DNA of 64,000 nucleotides from Hypanus sabinus (lineage: Eukaryota). Below the pieces are notes generated by a model, which worked only from the letters and a program-made list of their open reading frames with translations, was not told where the DNA came from and made no database searches. This document shows, in pieces, positions 1 to 13,346 of this stretch; positions within the stretch are counted from its first letter, which is position 1, and the number at the start of each line of letters is the position of its first letter. The stretch covers positions 128,774,001 to 128,838,000 of the forward strand of contig NC_082709.1 in assembly GCF_030144855.1 (NCBI RefSeq), written 5' to 3'. The translations under genes and the position numbers were made by a program.

Positions 1-275
1 TATTAGACATTTTAACACTGCGGAAGAGGTACTGGGCATCCACTCTGTCTATGCTTCTCATAACCTTAAAAGCCTCCATCAGATTTCCCTCGGCCTCTGC
101 CACTCCAGAGAAAACAACCCGAGTTTGTCCAACCTCTTATGCTCTCTAATCCAGACAGCAGCCTGGTAAACCTCTTCTGTACCCTCTCTGAAGTTTCAAC
201 ATCCTTCTTATAATGGGGTGACCAGAATTGTATGTAGTACTCCAGTTGTGACCTAACTAGAGTTTCATAAAGTTC
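1..275 (-). mobile_element. CR1 LINE ORF2 3' fragment (decayed)
   Basis: Reverse complement reads as the CR1 ORF2 C-terminal region (LVRPHLEYC.QFWSP-type segment, tctagttaggtcacaactggagtac). Confidence 0.7.
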
Positions 276-284
276 TTAATGAAG

Positions 285-1150
285 CATGGAATTTGGGAGA
301 TTGGTAGATTGGGAGAGTGGGCAATGAAGTGGCAGATGGAGTATAGTGTAGGAAAGTGTATGGTCATGCGCTTTGGTAGAAGGAATAAAGGTGTACACTA
401 TTTTCTGAACAGAAAATTCAAATATCAGAGGTGCAAAGGGACTTGGGAGTCCTCCTGCAGAATTCCCTCAAGGTTAATTTGCAGGTTGAGTCAGTGGTTA
501 TGAAGGCAAATGCAATGTTAGCATTCATTTCAAGAGGACTAGACTATAAGAGCAATGAGGTAATGCTGAGGCTTTGTAAGGCATTAGTCAAACCACATCT
601 GGCATATTGTGAGAAGTTGTAGGCCTCTTGTTTATGAAGGAATGTGCTAACATCAGAGAGGATCCAGAGGAAGTATCTGAGAAAGATCCAAGGAATGACA
701 GGGTTAACATATGAGGAACATTTGATTGATCTTGGGCTGTACTCGTTGGAGTCTATAAGAGTGATGGGGAATCTTATTGAAACCTATCAAATATTGAAAG
801 GCCTGGATAAAGTGGATAATGGAGGATGTTTCCAAAAGCTGGTGAGCTTAAGACCAGAAGGCACAGCTTCAGAATGGAGAGACGTTAATTTAGATCAAAG
901 CTGAAGAGGAATTTCTTGAGCTAATGGGTATTAAATTTGTGGAATTCATTGCCATAGATGACTGTGGAGGCCAATTCATTGAGTATATCTGAAATGGAGG
1001 TTGATTGGTTCTTGATTAGCCAGAATGTCAAAGGTTTGTGGAGAAGGCACGAGAATGAGATTGAGAGGGATAATAAATCATTCATGATTGAATAGCAGAG
1101 CAGACTCGATGTGCTGAAGGGATTCATTCTGCTCATATCCCTTGTGCTCT
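285..1150 (+). mobile_element. CR1 LINE 3' fragment (ORF2 C-terminus plus 3' UTR), disrupted
   Basis: ORF pieces WAMKWQMEYSVGKCMVMRFGR, QRDLGVL, LVKPHLAYC, LGLYSLE are typical of the CR1 ORF2 tail; stops and frameshifts present. Confidence 0.85.
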
Positions 1151-1529
1151 GACATATGAGGTAAATTTACCCAAAAATAAGAACAGCGTATAATTCATTA
1201 TATTGTTTATACTTTTATGATAAATCTGATGCAGATCAAACAATGAAGTTAGACTTGAGAAGCTACTCTCAGGACTAGGGGCAGTGTGTGTATAGAGTTA
1301 ATTTAGATTTTAGTTTTAAAAAAACCTTTTAGTTAGGTTTTAGCCTATTTGGTTGGCTGGTCAGCAATATTAGATATAAAATAATGCTTAACGAAGGGAA
1401 TCCTACTGTACCACGAAATAAATAAATAGATAATGTGTTGCTGAATATGGGCAGAATGTAGCACCGCAGTTACTGCAACCAAATGAATAACAATTAGTCA
1501 ACTAGTTAACCCAATGGGTCACTATTAAA

Positions 1530-1790
1530 ATGGTGGTGGTATCCGTTGGTCTCGAGAGACCATGGATCTGCGCCTGGAGTTTCCAGGGCACAGGCAGTTG
1601 CCCAAGCTGCAGGCCTTCCCCTCTCCACGCCACCAATGTTGTCCAAGGGAAGGGCATTAGGACCCATGCAACTTGTCACCGGTGACATGTCCTTGCTCAA
1701 GGACACAAACACACTGCCTCAGCTGAGGCTCGAACCAGTGACCTTCAGGTTACTAGTCTGATGCCTTGCCCACAAGGCCATGCGCCAATA
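1530..1790 (-). mobile_element. tRNA-headed SINE with RTE-type 3' tail
   Basis: Minus strand has tRNA-like A/B boxes (tggccttgtgg...ggttcgagcc), a gtgtccttgagcaagg core, and a tail ending atggtctctcgagaccaacgg plus (CCA)n. Confidence 0.55.
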
Positions 1791-4700
1791 CATTGAAATA
1801 ACAAATCTATTATTTAGTTGTGTAAACCTTGCTGAAATGGAGGCTCTTCTTACTAAATGTGCATTCAGCTTGTTGAAAAATAATTTATTGGTTTGCTGAA
1901 GATGTTCCCCATTCAGAGTTACAATAGTTAAGCATATAACTGTAGGAACAATGTAATTGGCTGTAGTTGAGGCAATTCTATTTCATATGACTATCATGCT
2001 GTCTGTTTATTCTTATGCTTTAAATAAAGGAGAGTTCACTTCACTAATATGAAGAGAGGATTTAAATTGCTGTACCACTTGGACCTCCATCTTCTACCTG
2101 TGGGTTACAGTGAGTCAGGAAAACATTATTTGCTTCTTTAGTGATACACCATGGACTAGGCTCTTTCAGCCCTTCGAGCCAAGCTAGTGGTGAGAGATAC
2201 ACTGCCTGAGTGGATGGTGGAGCCATCAACATGTGAAAAAGTTTTCAAGATGAGCACAAAAATCACCAAGGCGTAGCTAAGTATGTTGGTAATTGGTACA
2301 AGTGCAGATGACTACTTGACAGTTAACATTGATGTGGTGGCCTGTTGTTATCCTGTATGATTCCCCACTTCACTGGTATTGAATGGCTATTTGCAGTGGA
2401 CAGGAGGGCTATGCACGAGTAGTTAGAACTTCCCAAAGCATCATTGGTACCACTCTACCCACCATCAAGTTCGTATATACAGAAAGATGTTGGGAAAAGG
2501 CCAGTAATGTCCTGGAAAAGGTCAGCAATGTCTTCAATGTTTACAACTCTTCCCTAGTAGGTGATTATTAACATTTACATAATGAACCTTCTTGACAACA
2601 AAGTGTATAAATCCATTCAATTTGTTACTTTATAATGGCTTTATTTGTTTCAAAGCAGTGCGAGGACACATGGATACTGTCATACAAAGACCAGGTCTAT
2701 AATAAATTAGTAACATTTAAATTTTTTAGTCAATGCAAAGGAGCTTATTAAATAATTGAAGTTGAAAACAAAGCTCTTGTGCAACTACTTTCTTCCATTT
2801 GGTGAAAACGGTAATTAACAAAATTACTTGCGTGTCTCAGCTAGTTCAAATGATTATGGAATGTTTTAAATTTTCTGCATACTTAGAGATAACAAGAGTT
2901 CTTTTCTCACCATTCACAGCAGCTGACATTCTCTCCAAAGTTTAAGGTTTTACTGTATCTTCTGTTATATGAATTTCTGCATTTTGACGAGTTTCTTTGG
3001 AACGCGACCTGTTTGACGACTGGGTGTGAACTGTACAGTGCAGATGTCTTCAAACTATAACATCTGTGGGCATGGAAGCAAGAAGGGGAATGGCTTGATT
3101 GTGTCATTGGGGTTTAAAGATTCATATGACTTATTTAAATTTCAAATCTTTATCATCATACTTCCAATGCGGTATGTCGCTCTGTAATCAAGAATAAGCA
3201 GCTGGCTAACAGATCTGTACTCTGAGTGAAGTCCTGAAGTCCAAAGAGCAGCACCAGCAGACTGATAGTGCCTTTCCTTTCTCTACGGCAGATTTTTTGA
3301 CCTCAGATCCCTTTTATTTTGTACAGTATTTACTTATGCAGGAACACATGGGGCTGGAAATTCTACCCAAGTTTTGTAATGCTCGTCTGCAATACAATAC
3401 AAATTTTTACTGACTACTGACCTCAGTTACTGCTGCATGTTCTCTGGGAAAATGCAGGATTGTTCTCCTTGTGTCGGTGATGGTGTGAGTGAGGAGGCTG
3501 TGGGACGTTCAATGGGCAACATGATTGATGCACATGCTTTGCAGCTTCAATGACATCAGTAATGAGGACAATTACTTAAATAGCACATCCTTAAAATTCA
3601 GGATGTCTGGCAGTTAAATATCTGCACCTCATGGATGAGTCATTACTGCTCTTCTCCCCAGATAGTGGACCTGAATGATGATGCTTCCTTCTGCAGATGC
3701 CCAACATCAGCACTACGTTGCATCAACTATTGAAAAAAGGTGATGCCATCCCATCTGCTGTCCCATGCCAACCCCGTTGTGATTTATAGTTTGAGCTAAA
3801 TTCAATACACATGATGCATTGCACCCTGTGCATATTAGAATATTCTTGCTATCTTACAGCTAGCTATAATTCACATTTTTAGGCTCTAACACATTTGAAG
3901 TTTAATAATTCAGGATAGAATGTTCAGTCATAGAAGCATGAAGAAAAATTACGTGGTTCAGCTGGCCGATTGAACTTCAAGTAAGGTTTTTTAGTACTTA
4001 TATTCTAAAAGCAAGGCTGGAAGTGGACAGAACTTAGATTGAACTGAGCCTAACACTTAAAGGAACTCAATAAGTAGTGGATGATGGGGTCAAAGATGTT
4101 TGTCATATTTCAGGAAGTTGACCACGTCTCAATGAAGATAGTAGAGTTTCATTTACTGAATTTAGAAAGGACTAGAAAATCCTGTGCTTCGATTTTTTTT
4201 TCAAAAAGAGTTTCTGAAATGTTTTAGAGAAAAACCCAAACACTGGGTCTTGGATCTTGTTATTTTTGTTGAGAACCTGAAGGAGCAAACTTTTCATCAA
4301 GACATTGCTTCTCTGGGCTGTGTCCGCAACAAGACCATGTTCAGCAACTTAGCCATTAAACTTTCTTCCATCATGAAAACAAAAGATGAAAATGTTTGCT
4401 GATGCTAACTGCTGTCACAGCTACTTCTGACATGTAGCAAGCCTTATTTATATACAGAATGAGCTAAACAACTTCCAGCCTGATCAGTACCTTCATGCCA
4501 CAAAATTTGCAGGCAATGTCCTTGTTGATTATGCATCACAGCACTTAACCCTTGGTAATGAATAGCGTTGTCATCAACAAGCGTCCCACCATCAATATGC
4601 TGGAGATGCAGTCGCTGACCAGAAACTCAACTCAACTAACTGCATCTGAGCTGAGGATAACTTAGCTCCTGACACTTCAAAGCTTTTCCACCATGTGTGA

Positions 4701-5744
4701 GGCATATATTTTGTAGTGTGATGGCATACTCTCCATTTTCTTATCAAACGTTAACTGTTACAAAATGTAAGAGGTTGGGTATCTTGCAGGGCAGAGCAGC
4801 CTGCTTGATTGCAACGTCATCCACCGTTTAAATATGCTTTGTTTCTCTCACAGTACCTCCCAAATTCCTGTCCTTCCATTATAGGAACACCACCCTGAAT
4901 GTTGCCATTCTGGTTGCACACAATCTTAACTTGACGTATCGCAACGTATCATTGCCAGGTCCAAATCCTGGAACTTCCTCTCCAGCATAACTGTGAGAAT
5001 GTTTTCAGCAGAATGACCTGAGCAGTTCACCACCACCTTCTCAAGGATTACTCCTGGACTTGCCAGAGATGCCTATGTCCTGAAAAATGTATGGTAAACA
5101 TTAAGTGCTGTCGAATGCAATGAAAACCTAGGTGCTGTCAATATATATAGAATGAAATTGGTTAATAGGAAGAAGAATCATAGATTACGATAAGCTGCAA
5201 ACTCCAATGCTAGGTTGACAGGAAAATTTGTGTTAGGAAGCATATAATATATATATGTAGTATGTGTGTATTTTCTCTCTATATCTCTATCTCTATATTT
5301 CTCTGCATCTCTACCTCATTAGTAATGTTTCCAACTGTTGGAATAAGCTTTGATGTTCTATGTAATATCATTGCTGATTTTCGATTGGCAGAGAGATCGA
5401 TCTAATTCTAGTGCCAAACTATCAAGTTATATATTGGGAAGTGATGTCAAACTAAGGATGAGGTTCAGAATGAAAAGTTTTGTTTAGGATGTGTTGGGTT
5501 CTGGTCATGAGAAGAAAAATCCATAGCTATTGAAAAGTATGTGGTTGCTAAGTGGCTTTTAGAATGTCGTCACCCAAAGTTCTCTCCTGATGTGGTTCCA
5601 CTTAATACACTTGTATGTTGGCACTTAGAAGTGAATAAAGGAAAATGTTGTCTTCCTTTGATTGAAACTTTTGTGTAAAGCAATAAAATGAAGTAACTAA
5701 TCATTCCTGGTTAGCAGAGTATACACGTATGTTCCTTTGTTCAT

Positions 5745-6100
5745 GTCGTACCTTGTAGAATGATGTGGGCAATCATGGTCTTTCCAATATCACGATTTTT
5801 CTATAGAAGTGGTTTGCCATTGCCTTTACTGGACAGTGTCTTTACAAGATGGGTGACCCCAGCCATTATTAAACTCTTCAGAGATTGCCTACCTGTCGTC
5901 AATGGTTACATAACCAGAATTTGTGATATTCACCTGCTGCTCCTATGACCATCCACCACCTGCTCCTAATGCTTCACATGACCCTGATCTGGGGATTAAG
6001 CTGATGCTACACCTTGCCCAAGGGTGATCGACAGGCTATCAGAGGGAAGGAAGCACCGTACAGCTCCTTCAGTAGAGAAGTATTTCAACTGCGCCATCCC
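5745..6100 (-). mobile_element. RTE-related short retroelement / SINE
   Basis: Contains agaagtggtttgccattgcctt, an RTE/BovB-like 3' tail motif. Confidence 0.5.
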
Positions 6101-6644
6101 AGAACATATGTATTCTTGTATTTATCATTGGCTTGTTTTCATCTGGTGCTCATTGTAACTGGGTTGTTGCATTACTTATTACCATGTGTTTGAGGAGCTG
6201 GTATTTTCTTACCCCCCCCCCCCCACAAAACTGAGAAGCACTGAGTCACTGCACTGAAATAAAGATGATATTATTGAGGAGCTAAGAGCTGCAGGGTACA
6301 TGACAGCTTGAGGCGGCAGAATGTTACTGACCTGGTTTCATGCTGACTGTCAGCAGATGGGAACAACTCTTTGGAAGCAGATATTGGAAGGCAGTTCAGG
6401 ATTAGATAAACCTGTGGGAGGAAATGACAGCTGGGGATGTGGGGCTTGTCAGCAAAGACGTGACCAGATCTGGACCATATTTGTTTTCCTATTTGTGGTT
6501 ATAAAGTTGGTGGAAGAAAGTGCTTGCATGTCATCAAACTGCTTGCACTTTCGTTCTGCAGAATGAAATATATGTACCCTCAAGGTATTAAAAAAAATGT
6601 AACTGAACTGTTATGATCTGTGTCAGGAAAGAACGTTTTTGCTT

Positions 6645-7030
6645 CAGAATCAGATTTATTATCACTGGCATTTGATGTGAAGTTTGTTTTACAGCAGCAG
6701 TACAGTGCAAAGATATGAACATCTGTAAACTACAAAGTTAAATAACAAAAAAAGGAAATACTGGACCATTTAGAACTTTGATGGCAGAGGGGAAGAAGCT
6801 GTTACTAAATTGCTGAGTGTGGATCTTTAGGCCTCCTTGCTTGATGATAGAATCAAAAAGAGAGCATGTCCCAGATGGTAAAGGTCCTTAATGATGGATG
6901 CTGTTACCTTAAGGCACCACCTCTTAATGGTGGGAAGGTTTGTGCCTGTAATGGAGCTGGTTCATTCTGCTACCCTCTGCAGTCTTTTGCATTTCTCTGC
7001 ATTGGAGCCTCCATTACCAGGCTGTGAGAG
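6645..7030 (-). mobile_element. Rex-Babar-type LINE 3' end
   Basis: agaatcagatttattatcact tail and atggcagaggggaagaagctg segment, also present at 29650-30000. Confidence 0.6.
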
Positions 7031-10000
7031 ACAATGCTGCATTTGCAGTTTGCCATCAGAGGGAGTGAACTCAGAATGGCAATATGGAAGGAGATATTTG
7101 ATCTGTAACCTAAACCTCATAGCATTACTTTTTTCAAAAGCTAAGTTTTTTTTTCCAAAATTTCTGTCTGCTGGGAGCTTCAAAAAGGCAGTTCTCAAGG
7201 GGAACAGCTATTTGAAGTGTTGGATGTTTGATCAACTCACCCAAATTCAATCTCCTGTAGCCACAAGGCACTTTCTCAGAGGTGCAGTTATTTTTTCACA
7301 ACTTGAATTCTTTCATGAAGTTAGCTGACCCACCACTCGTGGTGGAGTGGTGCAGAAATTGCGTACACCTGTTTATTTAATCTATAATACACTGCATTCT
7401 TTTAACCCCCCAAGCATACCTTTGGTTTGCCAAAACAGAGCACCAGCAAAACCTCCACTATTAGTAAGTACAACTGATGGTGTAACATATAAACAATAAT
7501 TGATGTCTGAAGTGTAGCAAATGTTCTTGTATGGTTAAAGATTGTTTTCCACTTACCTATTAGTGATGCTTTGTTTAAAGAGATTTTCTCACTCTCGTTT
7601 TCACTTCAACATTCATTTTTATTGGAGCTTTCATATGAATTTAGTCCTTAAATTGGACTTCTCTTGCCACAAGAAGAACGTTATGTTGACTCAACTTTAC
7701 TTTTTTTTAATGTGGATTATTTTGTAAAAATGGATTCAAACTATGCAAAAAACTCATCACACTATGATTAATTTAAAATTAGAGTAGTTAAGTGATAGTA
7801 ATATTGAAAGTGAGGTCAGAAATCCTTCCATTACTAGGCAAAAGATAACTTTTTAATTGATTAATTCAACCAAGTTAAATTCTTTAACATGATCTGAGCT
7901 TGGGAGTAAAAAAGATATGCTTATACTTTATGAGAAGTGCTTTAAATAATATTAACCATCTGTTAACCTCCAAATTCTGTTGGGAAATTGTGTGCTATTT
8001 ATTGTTTTCAAAATTGCTTAATAGCCAGGATGAACATAATTAATGTTTCAATCTTTTGCAAACAGATGCTGGCTTATCTTCAAATAGACTTTGTATTGAA
8101 TGTAATACATTCCAGCCTGTGGGGCTTTTGTTTATTTACTTCAACTCTCAGGTTTTCACATTCTTCATGCGTCAAATTTTCCTGAGCAGCTTAATTTGCT
8201 GAAAGAAAATTATCATTGAGTTGTGCAGAAAAATATTGCCACTGATATGTTAGAACTCATGTTACATAAAATGTCCCTTATAGGATGGCAGCATTTAACA
8301 AGAGAAAAAAAGTTTCTTTGCACAATTTATTTCAGAACCCAGTTGTATGTATGATGGGTGATTCATATGTTTAAGTCTCTAATTTTGGCATTCTATGTAT
8401 AGTAATTGAAAAGTCTGAATACAATTGCTTCTTATGTGGAAGAATACAATGTATTTTTATATTTGTGATCACTTTTATATTACACTTCATTTTACAATTT
8501 TAAATTACACTTGTGATGATAGATGAACACTATCTTATTTCTTTGCAGTGTTTATTTTGTAATTTGTAGTAAGTTTCTTGTTCTTGCATTTTACTGCTGC
8601 AGCAAAACAGCAAATTTCACAATATTTTGGACAGTGGTAATGCAACTGAATCTGTTTCTTTTGTGTGGTGCTTAAGTATGAAATATGATTTTAAATACAA
8701 TTGACATAGGAAATTGCAGCTTGTTTAAGGCATACATTCCATGGCCAACAAAACCTCTGGGCTTAAACTTCCAGAGTGGCACTTATCTCTGAACATTACC
8801 AGTCAAGTCAAAACAAGGTGTACATGGTGCTGTTCAGATGTGAACTGAGGGCTTGATATCTGATGATGCTTTTACACCAAATGAAATTAAATGAATTTTT
8901 TAAATGTTTTTTTGATAATGTATAATATATATTTACCTCCCTGTGGAAAACATGGATGTGATGAAATACAAAGGATGAGAGGTGACTGATAGCCTTAATT
9001 CTCAGCTCTCTATTACTTTCACCCACACATCTGGGTTTCCATTCAATTCTGAATGGTACATAACACTTTTGATATTGCTATGATATTCAATGTGAGCACA
9101 TCCATTTGCTCAAATGAATACAAAAGTAGCATATGTTCTAAATAGTGTGAGACTATTCAGAGTTGGTTTTCAGCAGGATTGATTTGAGCTGCAAAAAAAT
9201 CCAGTGTTTTAGTACAAGTTTCTATGAGTAAATGGAGCATTGTCCTTGACTGTAGGAAGATTGAATATAAGAGTATAGAAGTCTTGCTGTGAAAGCATGT
9301 GCAAGATAAATCCTGCAGCATTGCAAAGGATTTAGTCTTATTTTTGCAAGGATATAATTGTTTTGGTGGAGAAAATGGAAGTTCATAATATTAATTCCTG
9401 CAATGAGAGTTTTGTTTTTAGAAAGAATTGAGCAAAAGAAGCCTGTGTTCCCCACAGCTCAGGAGAATAATGTGTAATCTCAATGAAACCTGATTCTAAT
9501 CTGCCTTGATGGGGTTAACACTGTGGCATTGTTTCTACTGCAGTACAAGTGCAGAACCATTGTCTTAGGATAAGGAAAAGGTCACTCTAGACTGCGATGA
9601 GATGAACGTTTTGAACTTTGGGAATTCTGTGGATGCTGAGTCACAGTTTAATCATGGCTTCACATTGGTGGATTTCTGAATGTGAGGGAAATAGTTTTGT
9701 GGAGAAAAGACAGCAAAATGGAACTGAGGCAAACCAAAAAGATCAGCAGCTTAAGGGGGTCACATACCTTGTTGCTAAATTGTTGTGTGTTGTATTTTGC
9801 CTCAAAAATTCATTTCATTTCTTTGAGTTTGAGCAAATGCACTGACAAGAGCCTTTTAATTAATTTGTGTGAATTTGAGTGAATTTCTCGGCAATAATTT
9901 AAAACCGTATTTCAATATCATGCCAGAATTATTTTTCTCATTCTAACCTTACATGAAGTTAGGACTCAGTTTTGAATTCCTGATGGCAAAGCCCATGGTC

Positions 10001-10851
10001 TGATTTTCATATTCAAATAATTGATCTGCCTCTGGAGATATGGACAGGATGTTGCATTCAGATCACCAAGAAGTAGGCCAAAATTGTGCCTTGTCCAGGC
10101 CTACCAGTTTGAGAAAGTGTTATTGCCTTTGAGACTGCAACTTGATATTAGCTAAATTTTTACATAACACATTTAAAAATCGATATTCTTATTTCATATT
10201 GTGCATGATTGACTGCAAGCATGTCCAAAGTAATGATACAAAATAATAGGTAACATTTGCAATTTTCTGGACAGTTTTAGTTTAGTTTGCCTACTCTGGG
10301 AAGGGTTGTCATCCTGGAGAGAAAGCAACAGAATTCATTTTCTGTCATCTTTATCTTTGTGCACAATAAAAAAAAATCAGCTTTAAATGATTTGCAAATA
10401 TTCATGTCGTTTTGGACAAGAGACTGAATGACCGAACTGATTGAACAGTTTTAACTGTCCCAAACCTATTACACTTTAAATGGATTGATCAGCGAGGCCT
10501 GACTGTGCTCCAGAGATTGTAGTAGAGATCTTGGAGGAAATGTTGAAGTCTTGTAAGCTAATCTGTGGCAGAGAAGATTGAACATCTGTTTGTTGCTGAC
10601 ATCTTATTTATTTTATAGTTGATCTCTTTATGAAACTTCGTTCTTTCTAGTACAACTCGGGGAAGGGGAGAGGATGCTGCTCTATCACTATGCTTAGAAT
10701 TTTCTGGATCATCAATCATGATCGAAGTGCTTTCCTGGTTGTTTTTGACAATTTTGGGCTGGACAATTAAATGTACTCTTCCCTGCCCACAGCTTTGCTT
10801 AGCTGCAAGCTTGGAACAATCGAAAGTTGGATGTCTCATGTATTGGTCACA

Positions 10852-11634
10852 CAAAGTACACTGCAGATGCTGTGGTCAAAGCAACACGTACAGACAAGCT
10901 GGAGGAACTCAGCAGGTCGGGCAGCATCCATGGAAACGGGCAGTCAATGTTTTGGGCTGAAACCCTTTGTCAGGACTGAAGAAGGAGGGGGCAGGGGCCC
11001 TATACAGAAGGTGGGGGGAGGGTAGAAAGGAGAAGGTTGGTCGGTGCCAGGTGAAAAACTAATCAGAGGGAAGATCAAGGGGTGTGGGAGGGGATAGGCA
11101 GGAAAGGTGAAGAAGGAATGTAAGGGGAAAGCAACATGTGTAGTAGAAGAAGACAGAATCATGAGAGAGGTGATAGGCAGATGGAAGAGGAGGCAGAGTG
11201 AAAGTGGGATGGGGGAAGGGAGAGGGAGCAACACCTCATATAACATCTGGGTAGTCTCCAGCCCCTTGGTACAAATATTGAATTTTCCAACTACTGGTAA
11301 TTCCCACCCTCTCCCTTCCCCCATCCCACTTTCACTGTGCCTCCTCTTCCAGCTGCCTATCACCTCTCTCATGATTCTGCCTTCTACTACCCATAGTGCT
11401 TTCTCCTTACATTCCTTCTTCAGCTCTTCTGCCTATCCCTTCCCTGCTTCCCCTCCACCACCCCTTGATCTTTCCTCTGATTGGTTTTTCACCTGTACCT
11501 TCCCCCTCCCCCCCCACCTTTATAGGGCCCCTACCCCCTCCTTCTTCAGTCCTGATGAAGGGTCTCAGCCTGAAATGGTGACTGCTCGTTTCCATGGATG
11601 CTGCCCAACCTGCTGAGTTCCTCCAGCTTGTTGT
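10852..11634. mobile_element. Penelope-like element (PLE) remnant with inverted pLTR arrangement and 16-bp TSD
   Basis: TSD tcatgtattggtcaca at 10836-10851 and 11635-11650; ~330-bp inverted arms (~10896-11227 and ~11310-11631) around a spacer matching the end of the PLE GIY-YIG ORF; each arm carries a hammerhead-like motif. Confidence 0.85.
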
Positions 11635-12644
11635 TCATGTATTGGTCACATTGGAAATGTAATTTGGTACATTTCTCTCAATTATAGTACGCACATTCCA
11701 ACTCTTTTCATTGTTCTATTACTACATTGAAACCAAATTCCATTTGGATTCCTTGGCTTGAATTTTCTTCATCCACACCTTCTTTTCTATCACTGTCTTT
11801 ACACCAAAGGAGAAACTTCACCAGCTTTTTGGAATTCTGAACCTTCCTTCCAGGAGCTCAAAATGAAGATCCTATGACCAAATGACTTGGTGGATAAAGA
11901 CGTCCAAAAAGCACTGTTTTTCTCTTTGTGAAATGTAGTACAGCCTCAGTCGGTTTGACTGGACTGCTTGTGTCAATTTGTATTTATGCTCTTTGGGGAA
12001 TTCATAATTTTTAATGTTTGCTTTGTACATTTTATAGATTTTTTTTTATTGTGGTCAAGGATCTAGTAAATAGAAATATAAGTCTGGTAGGAGATGAGGT
12101 CAACCCATTTTTTTTTACTAAACCTCCCAGCAATCAATCTGTCATTTCCATGGTCCAAATTATTAACTGCATGGTGATGGAATTAGAGAGAGCAGAAAAG
12201 TGAGTGAAGTGTGTGGGGAGCAGGGCTAGGACAGAGAGGAAACTGAAAAGTTTTGATTGTTGTGTTCACTGCTGCGAGTGGCAAAACTAACAAGTTTAAG
12301 TGAAATTGTAAATCTGTTAAGTCCCAGAAGACATTAATCAGTAATGAATACATTATACAGCTGAAGTAGGAACATAATTGGAAACACACATTGTAATGAG
12401 CAAAATCCAAAAACTTCTATTTCTTTATGTAGAATTGGATATATAACCATTGGAATTACCACTTGTTTACAGCTGTTCTCTGAATTTTAGAACAAATCCT
12501 GCAATGTTGTTGAAGGAAAATGAATCTAGGTCATAATTCTTTGAAAATCCATACTGTTATTGCTTTGATTATTTTGCTAATGAACCAGAACAATTTGAGC
12601 TGTCTCTAATGGATAAATATCCACTCTTGTATCTTACTGAGCAG

Positions 12645-12833
12645 CTCATGGAATCCTCAGTAGAGAAGCCAGCTGGAAGCTCAACAGTGGAAAGCGAAGT
12701 GGACCTGGACAGCTACCAGACTGCACTAGAACTAGTACTGACCTGGCTGCTTTCTGCCGAGGATTCACTACAGGCACAGGGTGCAATCTCGGCTGATGTG
12801 GAGGAAGTCAAGGAGCAGTTTCATGCCCATGAA
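12645..12833 (+). CDS. DMD: Dystrophin exon 10 equivalent (end of hinge 1, start of spectrin repeat R1)
   Basis: cag|CTC...GAA|gtaaat; 189 bp; [63 protein letters not shown] aligns with human dystrophin [31 protein letters not shown]. Confidence 0.93.
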
Positions 12834-13164
12834 GTAAATGAATTACTGAGTTTATATGAGCGTAGGAGACATGCATTGATTGTTAATTATTTATGTACTG
12901 AATGCAGAAGTTCTATACTTTCGATTATTTCTACAGATATATTTTTGGTTCAATGTTCCCTTCGAACTCACTAAAGCATTTCAGAAGGATTTTTGACATA
13001 AATGAGAGAAAGTGAATGCTTTTGTAGATAAGTTTACATTTTTAACTTAAATTAACCTAGTAAGGTTGAAGTTAGTTGTCATCAATGAATTTTGCCTTTA
13101 CAGGTAATGTTTTTAATCTTTGAAACATCAGTTATCTGTTACTTACATTAGTTATTTTTGGCAG

Positions 13165-13346
13165 GGCTTTATGATGGAGTTAACCTCACATCAAGGTAGT
13201 GTGGGTAATATTCTACAGGCTGGGAATCAACTTATTGAAGAGGGAAAATTGTCAGAAGATGAAGAAAATGAAATTCGGGAGCAGATGAACTTGCTGAATT
13301 CCCGATGGGAAACTCTCAGAGTAGCCAGTATGGAGAGACAAAGCAA
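13165..13346 (+). CDS. DMD: Dystrophin exon 11 equivalent
   Basis: cag|GGC...AA|gtaagt; 182 bp; [60 protein letters not shown]. Confidence 0.94.

Noticed and set aside
10944-11616. Mutually similar ORFs on opposite strands (MREVIG.WKRR...)
   Set aside because: Artefact of the PLE inverted repeat in low-complexity purine/pyrimidine UTR sequence.
12609-12974. ORF-track proteins overlapping exons (also 13120-13350, 20553-20846, 59913-60179) as standalone genes
   Set aside because: Only the splice-bounded parts match dystrophin; the rest is intron read-through.
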